DNA from: an uncultured Candidatus Saccharibacteria bacterium
GTDB lineage: Bacteria; Patescibacteriota; WWE3; 2-01-FULL-39-13
Assembly (NCBI GenBank): GCA_964510925.1
Contig: CAZEDS010000002.1
Location: 32,482-92,967 of the forward strand
Direction: 5' to 3'
DNA: 60,486 bases
Made by a program: the position numbers and the translations under genes. Numbering within the stretch: position 1 is the first letter of the stretch; each line of letters starts with the position of its first letter. The notes beneath the pieces are model-generated. The model was not told the DNA's origin. It saw only the letters and a program-made list of their open reading frames with translations, and searched no databases. Shown piece after piece: positions 1-8,288 of the stretch.

Positions 1-69
1 TACAATGTTTGTTATTTTTTATAGAATTGTCTTTTGTTGGTTTTGCAGGACTTTTGCGGGTGCGACCTT

Positions 70-2121
70 CTATTTTTGTTTTTTGAGATCTTTGATTTTG
101 TCACGGATTTCGGCTGCAGTTTCAAAGTCGAGGATTTCGGCTGCCATTTTCATTTTATTTTCGAGCGTTTTTATGAGAGCTTTTTGCATTTTTCCGCTCA
201 TTGTTTTGAATTCATATTCCGGAACGTTTAGTTCTTTGATTTCTGAGTCGCTCTCGTCAACCGATTTTTCCATTATTCGTTCTCGAATTGGTTTGTGAAT
301 TGATTCAGGTGTGATTCCGTGTTCTGTGTTGTATGCAATTTGTGCGTCTCGTCTTCGTTTGACTTCATCCATCGCACGTTGCATTGATCTCGTGATTTTA
401 TCTGCGTACATTATTACTCGACCTTGAACATGTCTTGCTGCTCTACCCATTGTTTGGATTAATGCAGAATCGCTTCGCAAAAAGCCTTCTTTGTCTGCAT
501 CTAGAATTGCAACTAAAGATACTTCAGGTAAATCTAATCCTTCACGAAGCAAATTGATTCCTACTAAAATGTCGTAATCACCTTTTCTCAAATTGTCTAA
601 GATATCTGATCTTTCTAATGTTTGAATATCGCTATGTAAATAGGCAACTTTAAAACCTTTGCCTTCTAAATATTCTGAAAGTTCTTCGGCCATTCTTTTT
701 GTAAGTGTGGTGACTAAAACTCTTTCGTTTTTAGCTACGGTTTCTGAAATTTTTGACTCAAGATCTAAAATTTGACCTTTAGTTGGAAGGATTGTGATTT
801 CTGGATCTATTAATCCTGTCGGACGAACCAAAAGCTCTACAACTTGTTTGCTTTTAGAAAGTTCCCATTCAGATGGTGTTGCTGAAACATAAATTGTTTG
901 TCCCATTCGCCTTTCGAATTCGTCAAATTTTAAAGGTCTGTTATCTAGAGCCGAAGGCAATCTAAATCCGTAGTCGACTAATGTTTGTTTTCTAGCTTGG
1001 TCGCCATTGTACATTCCTCTAATTTGAGGAATTGAGATGTGTGATTCATCAATAATTAATAAGTAATCTTTTGGAAAAAAATCCAATAAAGAATATGGTG
1101 CGTCTCCAGGTTTTCGATTGTCAAAATAACGAGAATAATTCTCGATGCCTTTGCAGTAACCAATTTCTTTGATCATTTCGATATCGTAGTTTGTACGTTG
1201 TTCAATTCTGTATGCTTCAAGCTTTTTGCCTTGATTGTTTAAGGTTTCAACTCTTTGGGCTGCGTCGATTTTTATTTGAGCTAGAGCTTGTTCAAAGTTT
1301 TCTTCTGGTGCTACGTAATGTTTAGCTGGATAAATGACTAAATTGTTAACTTTTGTTGAGTGATTTTTAACAAAATCTTCTTGAGCTTTTGTGAGTTTAT
1401 TTGTTTCTGCTTTTACTTTATCAATATCTAAAAATTCGCCAGTTACAGGATCATAATGTCTAATTTTGCTTATTTTATCGCCTAAAAACTCAATTCGCAC
1501 GGCATAATTTTGATATGCTGGGAAAATATCAACTGTATCCCCTTTTATTCTGTATTTTCCACGTGAAAAATCGAGATCATTTCGTTCATAATATAGAGTC
1601 ACTAATCTTAGTGCTAAGTCTTGAATGCGAATTTTCATTCCAACGGTTAGCTCAATCAGTTGCTTTTGATATTCTACTGGTGAACCAAGGTTATAAATGC
1701 AAGAAACCGAAGCAATAACAATTACGTCTTTGCGTGTTATTAATGATGCGGTTGTTGATAATCTTAATCGGTCTATTTCTTGGTTTATGTCTGCATCCTT
1801 TTCAATGTAAGTATCGGTTGCAGGCATGTAGCTTTCTGGTTGGTAATAGTCGTAATAGCTTACAAAGTATTCAACAGCATTATCAGGGAAAAAATCTCTA
1901 AACTCTTGATAAAGCTGTCCTGCCAGCGTTTTGTTATGTGAAATAACCAAGGTTGGTTTATTTATCTCTTGAATAATATTTGCTGCGACATAGGTTTTTC
2001 CTGATCCAGTTACACCCAATAAGGTTTGGTCTTTGTACTTATTTTTAAGACCGTCTAGCAGCTTCGCAATTGCATCAGGCTGTCCTCCAGTTGGTTTGTA
2101 TGGGGCTTTGAGATTAAACAC
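70..2121 (-). CDS. uvrB: Excinuclease ABC subunit B
   Basis: 683 aa; Walker A GVTGSGKT, YYDYYQPE beta-hairpin, DESH, QTMGRAAR, C-terminal UVR domain; GTG start. Confidence 0.97.
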   Translation of the reverse strand: MFNLKAPYKPTGGQPDAIAKLLDGLKNKYKDQTLLGVTGSGKTYVAANIIQEINKPTLVISHNKTLAGQLYQEFRDFFPDNAVEYFVSYYDYYQPESYMPATDTYIEKDADINQEIDRLRLSTTASLITRKDVIVIASVSCIYNLGSPVEYQKQLIELTVGMKIRIQDLALRLVTLYYERNDLDFSRGKYRIKGDTVDIFPAYQNYAVRIEFLGDKISKIRHYDPVTGEFLDIDKVKAETNKLTKAQEDFVKNHSTKVNNLVIYPAKHYVAPEENFEQALAQIKIDAAQRVETLNNQGKKLEAYRIEQRTNYDIEMIKEIGYCKGIENYSRYFDNRKPGDAPYSLLDFFPKDYLLIIDESHISIPQIRGMYNGDQARKQTLVDYGFRLPSALDNRPLKFDEFERRMGQTIYVSATPSEWELSKSKQVVELLVRPTGLIDPEITILPTKGQILDLESKISETVAKNERVLVTTLTKRMAEELSEYLEGKGFKVAYLHSDIQTLERSDILDNLRKGDYDILVGINLLREGLDLPEVSLVAILDADKEGFLRSDSALIQTMGRAARHVQGRVIMYADKITRSMQRAMDEVKRRRDAQIAYNTEHGITPESIHKPIRERIMEKSVDESDSEIKELNVPEYEFKTMSGKMQKALIKTLENKMKMAAEILDFETAAEIRDKIKDLKKQK

Positions 2122-2153
2122 GCTTAGATTTTAACATTTTAAAGATGTTTATT

Positions 2154-2795
2154 TTAAGCTTTCTTCTTGGATGCGATTTGTGTCGTTTTGTTAGTTTCCC
2201 TCATTTTAAGGATCGCCACAATAATACAGGCATAGATATAAAAGATTATCGCGTTCCCAATGAATATGAAGCTTTGGAATATAGAATAATAATTAAAGTT
2301 CATTTCAAGAAAATATATAGGTTCAAAAATTAATAATATTAGATTAAAGAGTAGGCTTTGATCTGGGCAGCCTCCACCCATCGCACAAGCTGTTAGCATT
2401 ATAAAAAAGAAAATGCTTGAGATGGCGAATGCTACTGTCAAAGCAATTTTATTTTTTGTTGGCTTAAGGAATTCAGTTAAAAAATTTCCAATGTTTGTTT
2501 TAGATAAATTTATAACCAAAAATGATAGTGCTAAATAATATAGTGCTGATGCGATTATTCCAATTAATATTCCTGCTATAGAAAATTCTTGTTCTCCAAA
2601 AATTGCTGTGTAAACAAGATTTAACGGGAAATTTATGATGCCAGAAACTGCAAATAATATTAACTCAGAAAAATTTGTAGTGGTTATGCCAAGCTTATAG
2701 AATTTAATAATTGAATAAATGTATAACGCCGTATTCGAAATAAATAATCCGAAGAAAATTTGTAAGAATTTTTTGTCAATATTTATGTTAGTCAT
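2154..2795 (-). CDS. Hypothetical multi-pass membrane protein
   Basis: 213 aa with about 5-6 hydrophobic segments; no recognised family. Confidence 0.7.
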   Translation of the reverse strand: MTNINIDKKFLQIFFGLFISNTALYIYSIIKFYKLGITTTNFSELILFAVSGIINFPLNLVYTAIFGEQEFSIAGILIGIIASALYYLALSFLVINLSKTNIGNFLTEFLKPTKNKIALTVAFAISSIFFFIMLTACAMGGGCPDQSLLFNLILLIFEPIYFLEMNFNYYSIFQSFIFIGNAIIFYIYACIIVAILKMRETNKTTQIASKKKA

Positions 2796-2905
2796 AATAC
2801 AAGTTTACATGGTGTGTTTGCTTTGTCTATTTTAATTTTAGAGTTAGGGCGTATCCTATAGTCTCCGCTGTAGGTGGTTTTTAGAGGTTTTAGTAAAAAA
2901 TACTA

Positions 2906-2933
2906 TTGCATACACTAAAATATTATTTATAAT
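2906..2933 (+). promoter_or_regulatory. Sigma70-type promoter upstream of candidate ncRNA
   Basis: TTGCAT (2906-2911), 16 bp spacer, TATAAT (2928-2933). Confidence 0.55.
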
Positions 2934-2940
2934 TTATTTT

Positions 2941-3057
2941 AGGTTAGGATCTGAAAAGGATGGCAGCATCCTACCTCACCGAGAGTTTTGGTGAAAAAAT
3001 TTCTGAAAGTTCTTCAGAATATAAACTAAACCAAAACTCTCGGTGTCATCTCCTTTT
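2941..3057 (+). ncRNA. Candidate structured non-coding RNA or lexA leader
   Basis: Perfect 16-bp inverted repeat CACCGAGAGTTTTGGT (2977-2992)/ACCAAAACTCTCGGTG (3030-3045), inner TTCTGAA/TTCAGAA stem, AGGATG-GCAG-CATCCT hairpin, ends in a T-run; follows a promoter. Confidence 0.4.
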
Positions 3058-3120
3058 AAATTTCAAAATCAGTATAAATCACAATACTTTATATTCGTAA
3101 CCTATTTAGGAATTTGTTTG

Positions 3121-3163
3121 TTGACACTTCGGTATCGGTTCGGTATCTTCGTATTATGTTCGG
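3121..3163 (+). promoter_or_regulatory. lexA promoter with overlapping direct repeats (putative operator)
   Basis: TTGACA (3121-3126), 17 bp, TATCTT (3144-3149); TTCG at 3128, 3139, 3148, 3159. Confidence 0.65.
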
Positions 3164-3202
3164 TTTAGTTTTGCTTTAATTAATTTATTGCAACATATTT
3201 TT

Positions 3203-3826
3203 ATGGCCGTATATTTATATCAAAAACAAAGTGAGATTTACGATTTTATAAAACAGTATATTCAAAAAGTTGGTTCAGCCCCTACCCTAAAACAAATTGC
3301 TGAAGCAATGGGATTAAAATCTTTAGCTACGGTTTCTGAACATCTTGATGCATTAGAACGAAAAGGTTTGATTGAAAGAATTTTTGGTGAAGCTCGAGGT
3401 ATTCGTATTTTAGCTGAAAGCGATGCGTTTAAAGATCCTATGGATGTAATTGAAGTTCCAGTTGTTGGTTATATCGCCGCAGGTAAACCAATCGAAGCAA
3501 TCGAAAGTAACTCAAAAACAATAATGATTCCAGCTGAGTATGCAAGTCGTACCAAAAGAACTTTTGTATTGCAGGTCGTTGGTAATTCCATGATCGACGC
3601 ACATATTATGGATGGTGACCAAGTTATTTGTGAGCAAGTTAGCACTGTTAATGCTGGTGAAATTGTAGTTGCTATTGTTGATGGTGAATATGCCACTCTA
3701 AAACGATTCTATAAAGAAAAAGATCGTATTCGTTTACAACCTGAAAACTCAACTATGGAGCCAATATATGCTGTTAATGTTGAAATAAAAGGCCGGGTTA
3801 TCGGTGTTATTAGAAAATACGACTGA
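3203..3826 (+). CDS. lexA: SOS repressor LexA
   Basis: wHTH (APTLKQIAEAMG), Ala-Gly cleavage site IAAG, catalytic Ser (GNSM) and Lys (TLKRF); ATG at 3203 preferred over TTG at 3188. Confidence 0.95.
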   Translation: MAVYLYQKQSEIYDFIKQYIQKVGSAPTLKQIAEAMGLKSLATVSEHLDALERKGLIERIFGEARGIRILAESDAFKDPMDVIEVPVVGYIAAGKPIEAIESNSKTIMIPAEYASRTKRTFVLQVVGNSMIDAHIMDGDQVICEQVSTVNAGEIVVAIVDGEYATLKRFYKEKDRIRLQPENSTMEPIYAVNVEIKGRVIGVIRKYD

Positions 3827-3913
3827 TATCTTTGCAAGTTTTACAGGATTGATAACCGATCAGTTATTGATTTTGTAATAGTCTCTTTTTTTCGTTTTAA
3901 TTTAAATGAGCTC

Positions 3914-3948
3914 AAAACAAACCCTACTTAATTGTAGGGTTTTGTTTT
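3914..3948. terminator. Bidirectional intrinsic terminator
   Basis: AAAACAAACCCTAC-TTAATT-GTAGGGTTTTGTTTT between convergent lexA and dedA. Confidence 0.7.
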
Positions 3949-3988
3949 TATAATTACTTTTTGTGAGCGAATTGCTAACTATTTTGGC

Positions 3989-4651
3989 TTATGATTTGAA
4001 CTTTGAAAGGATTGATTTAACCATATCTAAAATATCTTTTCTTTTAAAGTAAGCAAAAGCTAAAGCACCTAAAACAATGAGGTATTTAACGAGAGTTTCA
4101 TATTCAGATGTGTATTCAGATATTACCGTATAATTTTCACCAAATGCATAGCCTAAATAGGTAAGAATAAAGCACCAAAGGTAAGTTCCAACAAATGTTA
4201 ATGCAATGAATAGCCAAATATTCATTTTAATGAAACCTGCTGGAATTGAAATAATAGTTCTACCTAGTGGGAGCATTCTTAAAAAGAATACAGTCCAAAC
4301 GCCATATTTTTTGAACCAAACTTCTGCGTTTTCGATTTCTTCTGGTTTAATAAAAAAGTATTTTGCGTATTTATTTATGAATTTTCTTGAATGATCTTGT
4401 GCAGATTTGTATCCAACATAATAAAGCACGAGAGCGGCTGCTAATGAACCTAACGCACCAAAAAATGCTACTAAAAATATATTGAATCTTCCTTGTGATG
4501 CTAAAAATCCTGCACTTGGAAATACAAATTCTGAAGGAATTGGTGGGATTACATTTTCAATAAAGGTTACGGCAAAAATACCGAAATAACCGAATTTATC
4601 GATTGTTTGATTTAATACTGATATTAACGTTTCTATAATGGAATTTAACAT
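3989..4651 (-). CDS. dedA: DedA family membrane protein
   Basis: ENVIPPIPSE..AGF and FLRMLPLGRT.ISIPAG motifs; start likely ATG 4651. Confidence 0.9.
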   Translation of the reverse strand: MLNSIIETLISVLNQTIDKFGYFGIFAVTFIENVIPPIPSEFVFPSAGFLASQGRFNIFLVAFFGALGSLAAALVLYYVGYKSAQDHSRKFINKYAKYFFIKPEEIENAEVWFKKYGVWTVFFLRMLPLGRTIISIPAGFIKMNIWLFIALTFVGTYLWCFILTYLGYAFGENYTVISEYTSEYETLVKYLIVLGALAFAYFKRKDILDMVKSILSKFKS

Positions 4652-4677
4652 AATTGTTTGCCAATTATCACACATGC

Positions 4678-4783
4678 GGGTCGCACCTTCAAATGTTTTG
4701 TAATATCAATGTTTTTTGAAATCGACAGAATTTAGATGTTTTCAAAAAACATTTAAAAATAAACACATTTGAAGGTGCGACCC
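4678..4783. repeat. REPIN/MITE-like palindromic element, copy 1
   Basis: Perfect 19-bp terminal IR GGGTCGCACCTTCAAATGT (4678-4696/4765-4783) plus 13-bp inner IR (4709-4721/4740-4752). Confidence 0.85.
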
Positions 4784-4806
4784 TAAATGAAGTAGAATTG
4801 CCTCAT

Positions 4807-5514
4807 ATGTCGACCTTGTATGTTGTTCCAACACCAATCGGAAATCTTGAGGATATTACTATTAGAGCTGTTAACGTTTTAAAATCTACAAACATTCTTT
4901 TGTGTGAAGATACGAGAAATACTCGCAAATTAATGGTTGCTTTAGGAATTGATCCTTCTGGAAAAATCATGATCCCCTATTTTGAGCATAATGAGCGTAA
5001 AAAGCTTTTAGAGGTTTTAAATATGCTTAAGAATGGTGAGGATCTTGCATTGGTTTCTGATGCTGGAATGCCATTGATTTCGGATCCAGGTTATCCTTTG
5101 ATTCGTGAGATTAGGCAGAATCATCCTGATATAAAACTTGAGATTTTGCCAGGTGCATCGTCGATTTTAAATGCATTGGTTGCAAGTGGGTTTCCTACGG
5201 ATAAATTTACGTTTTTGGGATTTGTGCCGAGAAAACCAAATGATAAAAAGCGTTTTTTTGGATCTGCTATTGAGTCTGCAAAAGTTTTAAAATCTACTTT
5301 TATATTTTTTGAATCACCGTTGCGATTTTCTGCCACAGCTGAGGTTTTAGTCGAATTGCTTCCAGCTGAGGCTGAAATTTGCGTTTGCCGAGAACTGACT
5401 AAAAAATTTGAGACTGTTTTTGTAACAAAAGCTTCAAATTTTGTGCAATATGTTAAAGATCATGAAAAAGCTTTAAAAGGTGAAACTGTTGTTCTCTTTC
5501 ATATTATAGATTAA
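4807..5514 (+). CDS. rsmI: 16S rRNA (C1402-2'-O)-methyltransferase
   Basis: LYVVPTPIGNLEDIT.RA, CEDTR, VSDAGMPLISDPG, FESP.R, RELTKKFE. Confidence 0.93.
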   Translation: MSTLYVVPTPIGNLEDITIRAVNVLKSTNILLCEDTRNTRKLMVALGIDPSGKIMIPYFEHNERKKLLEVLNMLKNGEDLALVSDAGMPLISDPGYPLIREIRQNHPDIKLEILPGASSILNALVASGFPTDKFTFLGFVPRKPNDKKRFFGSAIESAKVLKSTFIFFESPLRFSATAEVLVELLPAEAEICVCRELTKKFETVFVTKASNFVQYVKDHEKALKGETVVLFHIID

Positions 5515-5523
5515 CGTTTATAT

Positions 5524-6207
5524 ATGAATAAAAGTTTGTGGGAAAAAATCAAAAAAGCTGCTCAAGATTCTATTAAAAATCCAGGTAAAAATAATGTATC
5601 GTTGCCGAAATTTGAATCTGAAAGATATCCAGAAATTTATGTTTTTAGGCATGGTGAATCATATGATAATAGAAATAAGATTTTTTCAGGATGGCGAGAT
5701 TCCAAGTTAACTGATATTGGCGAACATCAGGCTCATGTTTTAGCTTCAAAGTTAAAATCAAAAGATATAAATTTGTGTATTACTTCCCCATTAACTAGAT
5801 CTAAAGAAACCGCAAAAATAGCTTTGGCAAATCATCCCGATATTATTTTCGAAGAAGATCAAAGAGTTATAGAGCGTTCATATGGTGATTTGCAGGGTAC
5901 GAGCAAGGAACGTTTGATGATGACACATCCGGATTTAGCAATAAAATACCGACGAGCATATGATTTTCCACCTCCAAATGGTGAATCTATGAAAATGGTC
6001 GAAAAAAGAGTTTTTAATTTTTGTGAAGAGCTTATTGAGCGAGTTAAAAAAAATAATATAAGCGTTGCAGTTTCTTGCCACGGAAATTCAATGCGGGCAA
6101 TCCGTAGATATTTTGAAAATTTATCAATTGTTGAAGAGCTCACCATCGAAAATCCATTAGCACAAGATTATGCTGAATACGTAGTAAAAACTAGTAAGTG
6201 GAATTAG
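5524..6207 (+). CDS. gpmA: Histidine-phosphatase family phosphoglycerate mutase (dPGM-like)
   Basis: RHGES, ERSYGDLQG, PPNGES, HGNSMRA; about 35-aa N-terminal extension. Confidence 0.8.
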   Translation: MNKSLWEKIKKAAQDSIKNPGKNNVSLPKFESERYPEIYVFRHGESYDNRNKIFSGWRDSKLTDIGEHQAHVLASKLKSKDINLCITSPLTRSKETAKIALANHPDIIFEEDQRVIERSYGDLQGTSKERLMMTHPDLAIKYRRAYDFPPPNGESMKMVEKRVFNFCEELIERVKKNNISVAVSCHGNSMRAIRRYFENLSIVEELTIENPLAQDYAEYVVKTSKWN

Positions 6208-6275
6208 GCTAGGTTAATATAATCGTACCGTTTTGCCCAAGTTCTGAAGTATTAAATGTTGGGTATGATTCCACT

Positions 6276-7418
6276 TCAATTTAAAATATTCCTTTGAATT
6301 TCAAGTAATCTATTATATTTTGCAATACGTTCGCCTCGAGCTGGAGCTCCGAACTTTGTGAACTGTGCACCAGAACCTACTGCCAAATCTGCAATAAAAT
6401 CGTCATTGGTATCTGTACCTCTGTGTGAAACTATGATGTGCCAGTCTTTGCTTTGTGCTAATTCGATTACGTCTAATGTTTCAGTGATCGTACCTATTTG
6501 ATTTGGTTTTATAATGATTGCATTCGCACAGTTTCGTCTCATTGCTTCTGCTAAATGTATTGGATTTGTTGTTGTTAAGTCGTCTGCAACTGTGATAACT
6601 TCGCTTCTATATGTTCTGTAGAAATTTTCCCATTCGTTCCATTGGTCTTCCATGTATGGGTCTTCAATAGATAAAATATTGTAGTCTGCGATTAATTCTT
6701 CATAATTTGGTAACTCTTTTTTTAGCTCGATAAAAGAATTTGCGGCGACATCTAGTGCAATTTTTTCATCCTTGATAACTCGAGTTAACGTGTCGAGCAC
6801 CATATTGTTGTCCATCCCTGCAGGAGAAAATGCTCCTTCTGCACCTAAATTTGTTGATTGCCCCATATCGTGCAAAACTTTCTTTGCCTTTTTATAAATA
6901 TCTACGGCTTGAGGAATTGTGTCGCATACGGCCATGAACTCTTGGATTGATGCCTCGCCTGAACCGTGGAGTCCACCTTCAAAAATTAAAACCATCATTT
7001 GTGGCATTGCAAATTTAATATCATTGAGTGGAATATCCGGATTTAGAATTGTGTGAATATGTTCATAAAGCTCAAGCTTTTTTGATTTTGCCTCTGCTCT
7101 ACAGAATGCGCCAGATAACGAGAGCATTGTGTTTGATCCCAATTCTGATTTGTCGTTTGTACCATCTTTTTCGATTAAAAAATCATCAAAGTCTGATTGG
7201 TTTTTAAAAGATTTTCCAATTAATTCTTCTTTTAAATCCTCTATTACAACAAGTGCATTATCTGGTGATATTGAAGTAGATTCTTTTCCACCTTTTGATA
7301 ATCCACCTGGAACTGAAAAGCTGCCTTTGTTGTCGTATTCATCAGTTATTGTTGTTTGAATTGTCCAACTTGCGTCGGAGTTAAGTATTTTGTTTGTTTC
7401 TATATTTTTTATTTTCAT
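6276..7418 (-). CDS. eno: Enolase (short, divergent)
   Basis: QEFM, ALDVAA, SIEDP, ADDL, IKPNQIGT, SHR, ERIAKYNRLL; 380 aa. Confidence 0.85.
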   Translation of the reverse strand: MKIKNIETNKILNSDASWTIQTTITDEYDNKGSFSVPGGLSKGGKESTSISPDNALVVIEDLKEELIGKSFKNQSDFDDFLIEKDGTNDKSELGSNTMLSLSGAFCRAEAKSKKLELYEHIHTILNPDIPLNDIKFAMPQMMVLIFEGGLHGSGEASIQEFMAVCDTIPQAVDIYKKAKKVLHDMGQSTNLGAEGAFSPAGMDNNMVLDTLTRVIKDEKIALDVAANSFIELKKELPNYEELIADYNILSIEDPYMEDQWNEWENFYRTYRSEVITVADDLTTTNPIHLAEAMRRNCANAIIIKPNQIGTITETLDVIELAQSKDWHIIVSHRGTDTNDDFIADLAVGSGAQFTKFGAPARGERIAKYNRLLEIQRNILN

Positions 7419-7466
7419 ATTTTTAAGTTACTTGATTTGAAGGAGAGATCTTCATTTTTTGGTTTT

Positions 7467-8258
7467 TTATCCGCGAGCATCAATTGCATATGGACTAAGA
7501 TCACTTGCTTCATCTAATTCTTGTAAAAATAGTTCTTTATACAAAACTTTTTTTGGATCTGCTCCTGCGGCTTCTGTAGCAGCATAGTGTAAGGTATTTA
7601 CTTGGTATTCACGAAAAGTTGGCAAATCAATTCTTCCAGTTTCCGCCGTAATTGCGACTGCAAGGGTTAATTTCCCTTTTCTTTCAAAATTTGCATCTAT
7701 TCCCTCTTGATCAACAAATAGTATATTATTTTCATTTAAACCTGGGTATTTTGATGATATTTGCATTTCAGTTGTATCATCATATGAATCTAAAATTTCG
7801 TTTCTTCGAAGTTCATCAATTATTGTAAATTTCACTCTTCCGCTTCCATCTCCTCTTAATGTGGCATCTGATATTTCATATTGATTAACACTTGGTTCTG
7901 TTTTAAGAACTTTCTCACCGTAACTTCTTTTTCCTTGAAGATCTTTGATGTTAACAGTAAGTGATCTTAATTCTGAAGATTGGACTCCTTTTGAAATTAA
8001 TCCAAGTACATCAACTTCGATTGCTGGTGCATGTAATAACTGCTCACCTGTTTTCTGATCCTCAATGGTTGTTGTACTAAAGAAAACATCTAATGGATCG
8101 ATTGCTTTATTTTTTTCTGAGGTAGTTGTTTCAGGCTTACCATCATTTTTTAAGAATGGATTTCCAAACAGCTTATTAAGCAGAAACATAGTTGACCCGA
8201 TTGCCGCTCCATTTTTAATGGCTTCAAGAGCTTGCCTTCTAGTAATTCCTTCTGACAT
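7467..8258 (-). CDS. Hypothetical protein with twin-arginine-like N-terminal anchor
   Basis: MSEGITRRQALE followed by a hydrophobic stretch; the rest is unrecognised. Confidence 0.7.
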   Translation of the reverse strand: MSEGITRRQALEAIKNGAAIGSTMFLLNKLFGNPFLKNDGKPETTTSEKNKAIDPLDVFFSTTTIEDQKTGEQLLHAPAIEVDVLGLISKGVQSSELRSLTVNIKDLQGKRSYGEKVLKTEPSVNQYEISDATLRGDGSGRVKFTIIDELRRNEILDSYDDTTEMQISSKYPGLNENNILFVDQEGIDANFERKGKLTLAVAITAETGRIDLPTFREYQVNTLHYAATEAAGADPKKVLYKELFLQELDEASDLSPYAIDARG

Positions 8259-8288
8259 GTTTTTTAAAATTAAAACTAAATATAAAAT

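Noticed and set aside
5-298. Plus-strand ORFs 5..298 and 34..231
   Set aside because: Antisense to the well-supported uvrB C-terminus; no motifs.
2941-2975. Resemblance of AGGTTAGGATCTGAAAAGGATGGCAGC to SRP RNA domain IV
   Set aside because: The long flanking helix SRP requires is missing (upstream is AT-rich promoter DNA); kept only as a generic structured-RNA candidate.
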